From: Pseudomonas phage Fyn8
Sequence record: OP966821.1
Length of the DNA stretch: 45,617 nucleotides
Direction: 5' to 3' (one strand)
Shown piece by piece: positions 10,395 through 20,866 of this stretch. A program made the position numbers and the translations under genes. Numbering within the stretch: the stretch's first letter is position 1; each line of letters begins with the position of its first letter. Below the pieces are notes generated by a model. That model searched no databases. It was not told the DNA's origin and saw nothing but the letters and a program-made list of their open reading frames with translations.

Positions 10395-11008
10395 TCCTCA
10401 CCGAGATCGGTGAGATAGGCGTACACACGGCCTCGGGGGAGTTCTTTCTCCTGCGGCCGTCCCTGTACGCCATGACCCAGCTCGGTACGCCGGCCGAGAT
10501 TGTCGACGTCTTCGCGCGCGTCATGAGCGACCCGATCACCGAGAAGCATCAGGCGGACCAGTTCGCGGACGCCCTGGCCGTGGTGGTGGCCTGTAGTGAG
10601 CAGGACCTGTCCGACGTGTTTGGCTACTACGACCAAGACCTGGTCTACCGGCCAGGAACTGCGGACGTCGAGCACCTTGTGCCTCTCGCGCGCTGCCTGC
10701 TGAAGCACGGCGTCACAGGAGCGCTTCCGCCACTCCCCCGGCGCCACGACGAAGAGCCGAACTACTCGGGGGAATTCGTTGCGCGGGAGTACGTCGCGAC
10801 GGCGATAGCGCACCTGGGGCTGAGCGAGCGCGAAGCTTGGTCCATGACCATGACCGGCCTGATTGGCGCCCTGCGCGCGAAATACCCCCCAACCGAATCG
10901 AACGCTCCGGGCGCCAGAGCCCCGACCGCGGCAGAGCATGACGCGACGATGGAGTGGTTCGACAAGATCGAGGCCAAGCGCAAGGCGCGGGCGAAAGGAG
11001 CACCCTGA
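10391..11008 (+). CDS. Tail assembly chaperone
   Basis: 205 aa lying between the major tail protein and the tape measure, the canonical chaperone position. Confidence 0.5.
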   Translation: MILTEIGEIGVHTASGEFFLLRPSLYAMTQLGTPAEIVDVFARVMSDPITEKHQADQFADALAVVVACSEQDLSDVFGYYDQDLVYRPGTADVEHLVPLARCLLKHGVTGALPPLPRRHDEEPNYSGEFVAREYVATAIAHLGLSEREAWSMTMTGLIGALRAKYPPTESNAPGARAPTAAEHDATMEWFDKIEAKRKARAKGAP

Positions 11009-14000
11009 TGGCTGAGAATGTCGGCAGCATCTACTACACCGTCGAGGCGGATACCTCTGGCCTTGTAAACGGCACGAATGCTGCTGACCGTTCATTGGAT
11101 CAGATGCAGGCAACCATGCGGCGTGCTGATAGCGAGGCGGCACGTCTCAACACGACTGTCACCAAGCTTTCGTCGGCTATTAAGACGATCATCGCGGCGT
11201 CAGCGCTCCGCGAGATGGCCAGCATGGTCCAGTCCTATCAGGAGATGGCTGACAGGGTTCGTCTGGCGTCTGCAAGCCAGGAAGAGTATGAAAACGTACA
11301 GGCCAGACTGCTCCGTACCGCCAACGGGACATACCGGGCGCTCTCCGAGGCGCAGGAACTCTACATCCGCACTTCTGCAGGCCTGAAAGCTCTCGGATAC
11401 GACACAACGTCTGCACTGGATGTGATGGATTCGCTGTCGTATGCATTCGTGACCAATGCGACCAAGGCGGATGCAGCAGAGGCAGCGATCAGCCAGTTCT
11501 CCAAGGCAATCAACACCGGCAAGGTTTCGGCTGACCAATGGGAAACAATCTCCAGCGCAGTTCCGTCTGTTATTGAGGATATCGGCGCCGCTGCAGGTAA
11601 GACGGGGGCGGAAGTCAGGAGTCTTGGTGCGCAGGGGCAATTAACGGCGCAAATGCTCACCGAGGGTCTACGTAAGTCCTTGGAAGAGAACTCAAAGGCA
11701 GCCGCCGGCATGTCCAATAACCTGACCGATGCAGGGGTCAGGATTCGGACTGCATTTACTCAAGTCCTTGTTTCGCTGGAAGACCAGACTGGCGCCCTTC
11801 AAACCTTCACCAATGGTCTTATTTCGGCTGCTGATGCGCTTCTTGAGTTCGGGCTTGACTCGGAAAAAATGGCAGCATTTCTCGACACTGCAACAGTCGC
11901 AGCAGCTTCTCTGGCCTCTGTTGTGGCTGGGCGTCTAGTTACCTCCCTGTATGCAGCAGGTGCGGCCCAAGTGCAAAGATTGCGGGCAACGCTTGAGCAG
12001 ATAGCAGCTGATCGGAATGCTGCTATAGGTGCACTGAGGCGGGCAGAGGCAGAGAAGGCCGCCGCCGCCGCGGCTGTCGCTCTGGCTCAGGCGGACTTGA
12101 ATGCTGCCAGGGGTTCAAATGCCCACGCAACAGCTCTAAACGCGCTGCTGGCCGCTAAAGAACGCGACTTGGCCGCCACAAGAGCGCTAACGGCTGCTCA
12201 AGCAACGCTGAATGGTGTAGCAACCACCGGGACGGTGGTGATGGGTGGACTTCGATCGGCAATGGCGTTCCTCGGCGGACCGCTTGGGGTTGTTCTGCTG
12301 GCAGCAACCGCGATCGCAACATTTGCAACGAATGCACGGGAGGCGAAAGAGCCTACGGACCTTCTAACCCTGTCCGTTGAAAAACTTGGACAGGCACAGC
12401 TGAAGGTTGCACAACTGGACATCGACAAGCGAATCCAAGCAGTGAGCGATAAGCTCAAACTGCTTGGGGAAAACTATGCGTTCGCGGCAAAAGAAGCCCA
12501 AGGCTCTGGTCGAAGGGCCAATCGATATGCTGAAGATGCCGTGCGTATCCAGGGCGCGGTCGAGGAGCTTACGCAGGAGCTTGACCAGTTACAGAAAAAG
12601 CGTTCAGACGTCGACGCAGCCCTAGATAAAAAGAGTTCATCCCCATCTGGTAATGGCCCGGATCGCCAGGCAAACCCGGAGGATACAAAGGCTCTCCAGA
12701 ATCTTCGCGACGAGGCTGAACTATCTGCTCTCGCGGGTGAAGAACGGGCGAAGCTTGCCGCGCGCAAAAAGCTCAGTGCTGATGCCACAAAAGAGGAGAT
12801 CGCGGAGGCGGAGCGTCTCGCTGTCCAGATATTCCGCAACAGCGAAGCGCGGAAGCAAGAGAAGAAGTCAGCCTCTGATACCGCCTCTACGGTCAAAAAG
12901 TCGATGGAGGATCAGCGTCGCGCTGCCTTGGACAATGAGAAGACTATCGGAGACCTTTCCCAGCAACTGGCACAGGCTGGACTGAAGGGAAAGGAACTGG
13001 CAGAAGCTGGGGCGCAATCTCGCCTTAATCCATTCGCCACGCCGGAGCAGGTCGCCCAGGTCCGCGCGCTCGCCGCAGCTCTGTACGAAGCGCAACAGGT
13101 CGAAGCCAACAAGCAGTTGCTGGGGCAGATGGACCCGATCGCCGGCGAAGACCAGCGCTACCAGACCGAACTGGAGAATCTGAAAAAGCTGAACGAGGCC
13201 AAGTTGCTCGAGGACCAGCGCTACCTGGAACTCAAGGCGCAGGCCGAGCAACAGCACGATGCCACGATGAAGCAACTGGAGGAGGAGCGATTCCGCCGCC
13301 AGGCTGCCGGCAACGAGATGATCATGGCAACGCTGGATCAGGTGCAGCAGGCCGGCACGAACGCTCTGACTGGGCTGATAACCGGGGCGAACAACGGTGC
13401 CGATGCCATGCGACAACTGGCCGGCGCCATGCTGAACCAGGTCGTTGGCGCCCTCGTCAAGGTCGGCATCGAACAGGCGAAGAACTTCATCATGGGGCAG
13501 GCCCAGCAGGCGGCTGCGGCGACGACAGCCGCGGCGACAGGTGCAGCTATGGCTTCTGCCTACGCGCCAGCCGCCGCTGCCGCCTCGGTTGCGTCATTCG
13601 GTGGGGCGGCAACGGCTGGCCTGACCGCAATGGCGGCTGCTATCCCGGCGATGCTCGGCATGTTCGCTGGCGGCCGACAGTACGGCGGCCCCGTAGCGGC
13701 TGGTGGCATGTACCGGATCAACGAGAACGGCGCGCCAGAGGTATTCCAGGCTGCGAATGGCCGGCAGTACATGCTGCCGAACACCCGTGGAGAGGTGATC
13801 AGCAACGGCGACGCCTCCGCTCAAGGCTCGCCGCAGATCAGCCTGCAGATCATCAACAACGGTCCGCCGGTTTCCGCCACCGCCGCCATGGACGGGAACA
13901 ACCTGCGGGTAACTCTCGATGCGGTCGAGCAGGACTTTGCCAACAAGGTTTCGTCCGGCCAGGGGCTTTACCCGAAAGCAATCGAAGGCGCATATGGATT

Positions 14001-14019
14001 CAAGAGGGCAGGGCGATGA
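11008..14019 (+). CDS. Tail tape measure protein
   Basis: About 1003 aa, highly alpha-helical and A/Q/E-rich with a Gly/Ala-rich C-terminal region; ATG at 11008 with SD AAGGAG overlapping the chaperone stop (ORF is open from 10954). Confidence 0.85.
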   Translation: MAENVGSIYYTVEADTSGLVNGTNAADRSLDQMQATMRRADSEAARLNTTVTKLSSAIKTIIAASALREMASMVQSYQEMADRVRLASASQEEYENVQARLLRTANGTYRALSEAQELYIRTSAGLKALGYDTTSALDVMDSLSYAFVTNATKADAAEAAISQFSKAINTGKVSADQWETISSAVPSVIEDIGAAAGKTGAEVRSLGAQGQLTAQMLTEGLRKSLEENSKAAAGMSNNLTDAGVRIRTAFTQVLVSLEDQTGALQTFTNGLISAADALLEFGLDSEKMAAFLDTATVAAASLASVVAGRLVTSLYAAGAAQVQRLRATLEQIAADRNAAIGALRRAEAEKAAAAAAVALAQADLNAARGSNAHATALNALLAAKERDLAATRALTAAQATLNGVATTGTVVMGGLRSAMAFLGGPLGVVLLAATAIATFATNAREAKEPTDLLTLSVEKLGQAQLKVAQLDIDKRIQAVSDKLKLLGENYAFAAKEAQGSGRRANRYAEDAVRIQGAVEELTQELDQLQKKRSDVDAALDKKSSSPSGNGPDRQANPEDTKALQNLRDEAELSALAGEERAKLAARKKLSADATKEEIAEAERLAVQIFRNSEARKQEKKSASDTASTVKKSMEDQRRAALDNEKTIGDLSQQLAQAGLKGKELAEAGAQSRLNPFATPEQVAQVRALAAALYEAQQVEANKQLLGQMDPIAGEDQRYQTELENLKKLNEAKLLEDQRYLELKAQAEQQHDATMKQLEEERFRRQAAGNEMIMATLDQVQQAGTNALTGLITGANNGADAMRQLAGAMLNQVVGALVKVGIEQAKNFIMGQAQQAAAATTAAATGAAMASAYAPAAAAASVASFGGAATAGLTAMAAAIPAMLGMFAGGRQYGGPVAAGGMYRINENGAPEVFQAANGRQYMLPNTRGEVISNGDASAQGSPQISLQIINNGPPVSATAAMDGNNLRVTLDAVEQDFANKVSSGQGLYPKAIEGAYGFKRAGR

Positions 14020-14483
14020 TCAAATGGCCTGATGGCCTTCCCTTCCCGCTCAGGGAGGGTTACGGCTTCAAGACGGTAGAGCCTATGGCCAGGACGTCCC
14101 TCCAGAGCGGTCGGGCACGCTACAGGCGGAACTTCAGCAATGTGCCGGTCGCACTGGAGGTTTCCTGGCTGTTCACTGCTGAGCAGGCTCGGCTGTTCAA
14201 AGGGTGGTACCGAGACGTCCTGAAAGATGGCGTCAAGTGGTTCGAGTGCGATTTGCGTACGGAGGAGGGAATCGTTCCGTGCAACCTGCACTTCGAGGGG
14301 ATCTACGACGGTGGCTATCTCGTCGGGCGCGACCACTGGCGCTTCAACGCGACCGTCGTGATGCGAGAGCGCTCGATCATCGATCCTGGGTGGGCCGAGA
14401 TTCTGCCCGAGTACATCCTCCTCGCGGATATCTTCGACATCGCGATGAACAGGGAGTGGCCTCGACATGGCGACGGCTCTTGA
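14016..14483 (+). CDS. Minor tail protein (distal tail, gpM-like position)
   Basis: 155 aa coupled to the tape measure stop. Confidence 0.5.
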   Translation: MIKWPDGLPFPLREGYGFKTVEPMARTSLQSGRARYRRNFSNVPVALEVSWLFTAEQARLFKGWYRDVLKDGVKWFECDLRTEEGIVPCNLHFEGIYDGGYLVGRDHWRFNATVVMRERSIIDPGWAEILPEYILLADIFDIAMNREWPRHGDGS

Positions 14484-14958
14484 GCGCTTCTATGCCTCCG
14501 GCGGTGAAGACCTGAAGCTCGCCACGGTCGAGTTGTCATGCCCGGCGTGGCCGGAGCCTATCCTCATCTGCCAGGGCTATGACGACATCACCTGCATGAC
14601 CGAAGACGGGCGGCTGCTGACGTTCATTGCCGGCGCTATCGACGTATCGATTCCGAAGCGAGACAACAGCGGAAACCAGAACGTCGGATTCGCAATCGAC
14701 AACGTGACCGGATTCGCCCAGCAGCGTATCAACGAAGCCCTGGAGGCTGGCGAGTATGTGACCCTGATCCTGCGGATGTACCTGGAGAGCGATCTCACAG
14801 CGCCCGCTGAGCGGCCATACCGCATGAGGGTCAAGACGCCGGGTTTCGAGGGTCTCACTGTTCAGGTCGAGGCCGGTTACTACGACCTCATCAACACCGC
14901 CGCGCTGCGCCACATCTACAACGTTAGCGAGTTCCCTGGCCTCAAATACTGGCCCTGA
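14467..14958 (+). CDS. Minor tail protein (DUF1833 / gpL-like)
   Basis: 163 aa in the lambda M-L-K-J style gene order. Confidence 0.5.
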   Translation: MATALERFYASGGEDLKLATVELSCPAWPEPILICQGYDDITCMTEDGRLLTFIAGAIDVSIPKRDNSGNQNVGFAIDNVTGFAQQRINEALEAGEYVTLILRMYLESDLTAPAERPYRMRVKTPGFEGLTVQVEAGYYDLINTAALRHIYNVSEFPGLKYWP

Positions 14959-14962
14959 CCCC

Positions 14963-15370
14963 ATGCCGAACAGATACCTCACCGCCATCTATACCGAGGG
15001 CGGGCGGGCCCTGCCGTGCCTGGACTGCTGGGGCCTGACGCTCATCGCGCGGGTTGAGCTGTTCGGACTGCCGATGCTGACCGACTTCGGTGGTGTCACG
15101 CGACTCACCCCGGTTTCGATGCAAAGGGCGTGCGATACGGAGATCCAGCGCGCGCTCGAGCAATGCGAGCCAGGACCTGGGGTCATCGCCGCGGCCTACA
15201 GAGGGCGGCTGCTCGATCACGTAGGTCTGCTGGTTGAGGTGGATGGACGCCTCCGGGTTCTCGAAATCAACCCGGGAAGCGGGGTTTCACTCACCCCGCT
15301 CCAGAAGTTCTCCGACAAATACTCCAAGGTGGTCTTCTACCGTGATCGAAATCTACCCATCGCTCCTTGA
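14963..15370 (+). CDS. Tail-associated NlpC/P60 (C40) peptidase, gpK-like
   Basis: 135 aa; a catalytic-Cys context (LDCWGLT) and a His context (DHVGLLV) resemble the NlpC/P60 Cys-His pair. Confidence 0.55.
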   Translation: MPNRYLTAIYTEGGRALPCLDCWGLTLIARVELFGLPMLTDFGGVTRLTPVSMQRACDTEIQRALEQCEPGPGVIAAAYRGRLLDHVGLLVEVDGRLRVLEINPGSGVSLTPLQKFSDKYSKVVFYRDRNLPIAP

Positions 15371-18071
15371 CGGAGAACCGCTGGAGCGGCATCCGATCGG
15401 CCGCAGGATGACGATTCATGCCTGGCTGACCGCGAATTCTCCTGGGTACCGCTGCCACGATGTCCACCCGTTCTCCATCGGTGTTGTCCCCGCCGAGGTT
15501 GCGCTCTGCGGTGACCTGACCGACAAGCAGAAAAAGGCGCATGAGGAGTTCGTCCACCCCGGCGAGTGGGCCGAGCGCATCATCGACCGCGGCGACATCG
15601 TTCGGATCTACAAGCTGCCGCGCGGGACCGATCCGTTCACGATCACGGCAGCGCTGTTCAAAGGTGCGCAATCCGTTTTTCGGATGCTCATGCCTCAATT
15701 GCCTGGCATGCCAACGAACCCAGGGCAGGGCGCGTCGCTCTCTGAAACCAGTGCGCGTGGAAACAAGGTCAAGCTCGGCGATGCGATACGCGAAGTCGCT
15801 GGCCGTCGCCTGATTTATCCCGACTACATCCTGCCGCCCCGGAAGTATTTCGCCGGTCCGCGTGAGCAGTGGACCGAAATGCTGTTGTGCATTGGGCGTG
15901 GTCGATTCCAGATCGCCGAGGGTGCTGCGAAAATCGGTGACACGTCGTTCCTGGCGCTGGGCGCTGATGCCTCTTTCCAGATTTTCGAACCAGGGCAGAA
16001 CGTCAGCGGGCACCCTGCATCGGTCTGGTGGCACCTGGTTGAGGAAGTTGGTGCGAGCTCAACTGGCAATGCCGGCCTGGACCTGACCGAGAGCTCCAAT
16101 CTCACGCCGAACCCGTCGGCAACTACGTTCACGTTCTCCGGAACGAACATCATCATTTCAGCCGGAGCCGGGTCGTTCCCCTCTGACTGGGTTGCGGGGA
16201 CGATCCTCCGGGTTGAGGCGATGTACCCCTATTCGGTGAACGATGGCGGCGGGACGAATCGCGACGTAGTGACGGGGGATATCGCTCAGCTCGGGCTAGA
16301 TGTTGGCGATGAGATTGAGGTGGTTGGCACCAATGGCGGCCTCTACCTTGTGAACGACATCACCTCAACGTCGATGACGCTCAACTACAGCAACGGTTCG
16401 CCGGCCAATGCGTTGCAGACCGGCTCCGGAAATGCAGCAATCGGCCCGCGTGGGCTGCGCTATCGGATCACGGCATACAGCGCGCAGCAACTCACCGTCG
16501 AGCGGCTGACCAGTGCGGGCGGTGTCGATGTTGACTGGCCAGGATTCACCGCTCTCAACTCGTCTACGTCCCGAGTCACCATCGATCCGACCAGCCTAGA
16601 AGGGGGCTGGCGCGGTCCCTTCCCGGCGTGCCCTGTATCGGAGAAGACCAACTTCGTCGAGATCGACGTATTTTGCCCGGAAGGGCTTTGCGGTGTAGGC
16701 AGGGAAGGGCAGATATATCAGATCCGCACCTATTACGACATCCAGTGGCGAGACATGGCCATCGGCGGCGCATGGACGACGGTCAGCAAGAACCACGCAG
16801 GGAGTTCACTGGATCAGCAAGGATTCACGGACGGCATCTCGCTGCCTTACATGATGCGACCCGAATTTCGCATTCGAAAAGTGTTCGTCAACCAGGGTGG
16901 CAACTCTACGTCCGAATACCGGGACCGGACTCAGTGGTACGGGATGCGCGCGCGCCTACAGGCTCCATCGTCCTACGCCGGCGTCACGACGATGGCTGTT
17001 CGATATCGGTCGTCTGACCGCATCGCGGCGCAGACAGAAAGCCGCGTTTCGGTGGAAGCTACTCGCATGCTACCGACTCGGCAGAACGGTGCATGGACGC
17101 CCGAGATCGCAACGCGGGATATCGTCCCGTTCCTCTGCTACATCGCTAAGGAGCGAGGCTATACCGATGCCGATCTCGATCTCGAAGAACTGGATCGGCT
17201 GGACGCCATCTGGAAGGCCCGCGGTGACACGTTCGACATGATCTACGAGGACGGCAAGGTTACGGTGGCGCAGATCATGGACGATGTTCTTGCGGCCGGG
17301 TATGCCGAGAAGACCATCAAGCGCGGCGTGATCTCTGCGGCCCGGGACGAGCCCAGAACCACATTCGGGCACATGTACTCGCCGCAGAACATGGATGGCC
17401 CCCTGAGGATCAGCATCAGCGCTCCGTCTGAGGACGACTATGACGGAGTCGATGTTGAGTTCGTCAATGCCAACGGCTGGATAGAAGATACCGTCCAGTG
17501 CCGCCTGCCCGGGGATGTCGGCAGGAAGGTCGAGAAAATCACGGCTGTCGGCGTCACAAACCGCGACCGAGCCTGGCGCTACGGGATGCGCCGCAGGATG
17601 GCACAGCGATACCGGCGAACCGAGTATTCGTTCGACACTGGCCTCGACGCGCTGAACAGTGAGTTCTGGGATTACGTGGCTCTCGCCGGCGATGTTCCAG
17701 GTCCCGGATTGGCGCAGAGCGCATACCTGAAATCGTTCGTGATCGCTGGAAACTCGGTCCTGATCGAGTCCAGCGAGCCGCTCGACTGGTCACTGCTGAA
17801 CTCTCCAGCGCTGTACTTGCGCCGGCCAGACGGAACGGTTTCCGGCGGATACCCGGCATCTCGGATCGACGACTACCGGCTGAGCATTCCCAGCATCGAC
17901 TTCGTCCCTGATGTTTCCTGGGAGATCGAGCCGCCGCACCTGCTGCTGGGAAATCCATACCCGGCCCTGATCAGTTCCATCGATCCAAACGGCAATACCG
18001 CGGCATCTGTTCGTGCGGTGAACTACGACCCCAGGGTCTACACCTTCGACAACGCCAGCGCCCCCAACTGA
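15342..18071 (+). CDS. Host specificity / central tail fiber protein (J-like); GTG start at 15342 inferred, ORF open from 15234
   Basis: About 909 aa, the largest tail gene after the K-like gene; SD AAGGTGG upstream of the GTG; followed by a strong terminator. Confidence 0.55.
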   Translation: MIEIYPSLLDGEPLERHPIGRRMTIHAWLTANSPGYRCHDVHPFSIGVVPAEVALCGDLTDKQKKAHEEFVHPGEWAERIIDRGDIVRIYKLPRGTDPFTITAALFKGAQSVFRMLMPQLPGMPTNPGQGASLSETSARGNKVKLGDAIREVAGRRLIYPDYILPPRKYFAGPREQWTEMLLCIGRGRFQIAEGAAKIGDTSFLALGADASFQIFEPGQNVSGHPASVWWHLVEEVGASSTGNAGLDLTESSNLTPNPSATTFTFSGTNIIISAGAGSFPSDWVAGTILRVEAMYPYSVNDGGGTNRDVVTGDIAQLGLDVGDEIEVVGTNGGLYLVNDITSTSMTLNYSNGSPANALQTGSGNAAIGPRGLRYRITAYSAQQLTVERLTSAGGVDVDWPGFTALNSSTSRVTIDPTSLEGGWRGPFPACPVSEKTNFVEIDVFCPEGLCGVGREGQIYQIRTYYDIQWRDMAIGGAWTTVSKNHAGSSLDQQGFTDGISLPYMMRPEFRIRKVFVNQGGNSTSEYRDRTQWYGMRARLQAPSSYAGVTTMAVRYRSSDRIAAQTESRVSVEATRMLPTRQNGAWTPEIATRDIVPFLCYIAKERGYTDADLDLEELDRLDAIWKARGDTFDMIYEDGKVTVAQIMDDVLAAGYAEKTIKRGVISAARDEPRTTFGHMYSPQNMDGPLRISISAPSEDDYDGVDVEFVNANGWIEDTVQCRLPGDVGRKVEKITAVGVTNRDRAWRYGMRRRMAQRYRRTEYSFDTGLDALNSEFWDYVALAGDVPGPGLAQSAYLKSFVIAGNSVLIESSEPLDWSLLNSPALYLRRPDGTVSGGYPASRIDDYRLSIPSIDFVPDVSWEIEPPHLLLGNPYPALISSIDPNGNTAASVRAVNYDPRVYTFDNASAPN

Positions 18072-18089
18072 CCGCACACACAAATCCAG

Positions 18090-18114
18090 AGCCCGCCAAT
18101 AGAGCGGGCTTTTT
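18090..18114 (+). terminator. Rho-independent terminator after the J-like gene
   Basis: AGCCCGC-caataga-GCGGGCT stem followed by TTTT. Confidence 0.6.
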
Positions 18115-18132
18115 CACGCCCGGAGAATTTGC

Positions 18133-20373
18133 ATGACGACCTACGCCACCGGCAATCCGCTTGGCTCCAAAGACCCGCGCGACTTGTACGACAACGCCGA
18201 GAACTTCGACGCGGCGATGAACGACCGGGTGAATACCACGTGGAATGATCGTTTCGGCGTTCTTCGCCCAACGATGAAGGGGTATGAAGAGCAGTTCAAT
18301 GACTGGCTGGATGCTCAAGGATTCGAGCCAGGCTTCCTTGAATATGTCGACGGCTCGCCGCTGACCGTAGATCGTCCGACCCAACTGATCCAGCGCGGGG
18401 ACAACATCTACAGCGTCAAGCGTCCTGCATCGTTCCCCGTGACCCTTTCCGGCAACTGGGCAGCCGACGAACCCCTGCTGGTGGCCCAGGTTGACCGGAC
18501 GCTGCAAGCCACCCTGGCCACCAGCGCTGGCGCCGGGATGATCGGCTATCGCGAGCGCACCGTAGCCGACCGCCTGAACGATACTGCGAACGTAAAGGAC
18601 TACGGAGCAATCGCAGATGGCGCTTATCACCCGCTGTCAGAGCGGTTCGCAACACTCGCGGATGCGCAAGTGGTTTACCCACACGCCACTGCGCTGACCG
18701 ACAGCATCGACTGGGCGGCGTATCAGGCGGCAATCAACTCCGGATCTCCGCATGTGCATGCGCCAGGCGGCCACTACGTCATGAATCGCGGAACTCTCGC
18801 TGAGCGGGATATTCGGTATACCGGTGATGGCTATGCCACACACGTGGATTTCAGCCTGGCAGATGGACCCGGTAGCTGCATGCTGACGCAGGGCGAGCTT
18901 ACGCAAATCGGCGACCTGTCGGTAAGCGTAGTGAAAGGGGCGCGCACATTAACCTTTGCTGCCGCCCCGGACCTTGTATCAGGTGATGTGGTCGTTGTGT
19001 ACAACCCAACTAATGGATCGTGGCTGGCTGACCGCGATCCGTATCGCGCTGGTGAGATGTGGAAGGTCCATTCGGTTAGCGGCAACACCGTTACGATCTA
19101 CGGCAACAGTTCGTCGGTGTACCTGTTCACCGAGGTTGACGTATACCGCCTGCGCGGCGTGCGTGTCTCTGTTGACCAGATGCATTTCTCGCCGTCTGAC
19201 ACATATTCCATTGCGCCGTTCAAGGTTGTTTTCGGCGATGGCGTTAGAGTTTCGAACTACTACGCCAGCGATGTCTCGCTTTACACGGGGCTAGAGGTAG
19301 AGCGTTGTTTTGACGTGTCGATCAATGCCTCCTCAACTCCAAACATGTCTCCGGCCGTCAACGATGAATATGGCATGACTATCTCGAACTGCCATAACTT
19401 CTCAGTTTACGGTGGTTACGCGGCAGCAACCAGGCATGCCGTGGCGCTGGGCGGAATGGATGACGTATGCTGTGTGCCCAATCGTAACGGCCTGATATAC
19501 GGCATGCACATTGAAGGTATTGATATCGCGTCGGATATTGGTGCAGGTGATATGCACGGCAATGCCGACAAAATCACGTACGACAACTGTGAGTTTCGGA
19601 ACGGTGTAATTCTTCAAGGGCGCGATGCCACCGTCCGTAACAGTACGATCTACGGAGTATCAAGTACCTCCGGAGAAGCGCTCTACGGAACCGAAGTTTA
19701 TGGCGGAACGTACACAATCGAGAACAATCGTTTTATCAGTTATGGAAATGGAGCTTCTTTCGGCATCATCCATATTTCACCGGGGACAAGCCAACGCGAA
19801 GCGCTGCTCATCATCGCGAGAAACAATACGTTCGAATTGCCGAACGCGACAGGATCGACCAAGGTGTTGTTCCTGCGTGGACGCAATAGTCCTCTCCCTT
19901 GCAGCGTGAACATCGATGGCATGCATGTCCACATGGCGCCTGTTGCGATGCAGTGCTTCCTTTTCGCAGATGACCAAGTTGCGGCCACTCTGAACAGTAA
20001 CTATCTCATCGTGGATGGAGTATACGGGCCAAGCGGCACCTATTTGCTGTACCCAACCGCAAAGAACGCAGGTATAGCAACCCGACAGATGCGCCAAGCT
20101 GGCGCAGTGAACGTGACCACCACGGCATCCGCTACGGTCGCAGCTCCAGCTCAGACCATTCGCTACCCGTATTCCAAAATGCCCAATGTTAGCGTTCAGG
20201 TTTCAAGCCAGTCGGGCGCTGATCAGAGCGCTATCGGATCGATCACGCCTGTGCCGATTGCGTACAATGTTCAGCCCGGCAGCATTCGTCCAGCCATCAT
20301 GGCCCCTAGTGGATCATTTGCCGCCGGCGGGTCTGCGCGTCTTCACTGGTCTGCGAGCCTAGATGATATTTGA
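18133..20373 (+). CDS. Tailspike / tail fiber protein with a right-handed beta-helix (pectate-lyase-like) body; probably the O-antigen-recognising receptor-binding protein
   Basis: 746 aa with SD GGAGAA; conserved phage-fiber N-terminus (ATGNPLGSKDPRDLYDNAENFD); central NxxGxxxG-like beta-helix repeats. Confidence 0.6.
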   Translation: MTTYATGNPLGSKDPRDLYDNAENFDAAMNDRVNTTWNDRFGVLRPTMKGYEEQFNDWLDAQGFEPGFLEYVDGSPLTVDRPTQLIQRGDNIYSVKRPASFPVTLSGNWAADEPLLVAQVDRTLQATLATSAGAGMIGYRERTVADRLNDTANVKDYGAIADGAYHPLSERFATLADAQVVYPHATALTDSIDWAAYQAAINSGSPHVHAPGGHYVMNRGTLAERDIRYTGDGYATHVDFSLADGPGSCMLTQGELTQIGDLSVSVVKGARTLTFAAAPDLVSGDVVVVYNPTNGSWLADRDPYRAGEMWKVHSVSGNTVTIYGNSSSVYLFTEVDVYRLRGVRVSVDQMHFSPSDTYSIAPFKVVFGDGVRVSNYYASDVSLYTGLEVERCFDVSINASSTPNMSPAVNDEYGMTISNCHNFSVYGGYAAATRHAVALGGMDDVCCVPNRNGLIYGMHIEGIDIASDIGAGDMHGNADKITYDNCEFRNGVILQGRDATVRNSTIYGVSSTSGEALYGTEVYGGTYTIENNRFISYGNGASFGIIHISPGTSQREALLIIARNNTFELPNATGSTKVLFLRGRNSPLPCSVNIDGMHVHMAPVAMQCFLFADDQVAATLNSNYLIVDGVYGPSGTYLLYPTAKNAGIATRQMRQAGAVNVTTTASATVAAPAQTIRYPYSKMPNVSVQVSSQSGADQSAIGSITPVPIAYNVQPGSIRPAIMAPSGSFAAGGSARLHWSASLDDI

Positions 20374-20588
20374 TATTTAGGCATGGGTTGGTCGCTGCAA
20401 CCTCTTCGTCCACGTCTGGAGCGCAGGCGGTCGTAGGGTGGCGGGCGGGAATCAAGGAGATATAAGAGATACGGTAGGTCTTGATATGATCGGCGGAAGT
20501 GGCCTCTATCCAGTCGCTAATTAACTTCATGATTGTCTTTGCATGAATAGCAGGTCACATTCCGGCGATCCAATATTAGGCGTTTGGA

Positions 20589-20684
20589 TCATATGTCTTG
20601 GTAATAAGTTGCAATAAGTACTAGCGCCATGAAGGCCGTAATTCCTACTGCCTTTATAATCATGATTGAAAATTTTAAATGCAT
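20589..20684 (-). CDS. 31-aa hydrophobic peptide, candidate Iap-like inhibitor of the host O-antigen alpha-polymerase
   Basis: Not in the ORF track (under 60 aa). Minus strand reads GGGAGGatagctATG (perfect SD), giving MHLKFSIMIIKAVGITAFMALVLIATYYQDI then TGA; a single TM helix; located in the AT-rich island with oac and wzy. Confidence 0.4.
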   Translation of the reverse strand: MHLKFSIMIIKAVGITAFMALVLIATYYQDI

Positions 20685-20866
20685 AGCTATCCTCCCTATA
20701 TTTACTTATAAATATCTTGCATTTTGGTGCGTAATTTGCTAGGCGTACGCCTCGATAGCCGAGACGATCCCTTTGGACATGGCGCGCTCACTCATCGTAG
20801 CACGGTGGGTTTTTTAGCGTAACCAGACGGCGTATACTCGACGGCATTTTTCTCCATGGGGATCAA

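Noticed and set aside
10391-11008. Programmed -1 frameshift in the tail assembly chaperone (G/GT-type)
   Set aside because: The tape measure ATG overlaps the chaperone stop, leaving no separate downstream extension, and no X-XXY-YYZ slippery heptamer was seen in the last 100 nt. It cannot be excluded without a proper scan.
596-20097. Dozens of 60-300-aa ORFs on the minus strand or in alternative frames throughout the structural module (e.g. 1917-2831, 3589-5025, 5149-6915, 7256-8011, 8285-9115, 10247-11143, 12868-13416, 15291-16034)
   Set aside because: They overlap well-supported plus-strand structural genes and have Arg/Pro/Gly-rich compositions typical of antisense reading of high-GC DNA. 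None has an SD or family resemblance.
20306-20530. 74-aa minus-strand ORF immediately downstream of the 31-aa peptide ORF
   Set aside because: Its 3' two-thirds is antisense to the tailspike C-terminus with random-looking GC-rich translation, and it has no SD. It is possibly a short real peptide, but is not called.
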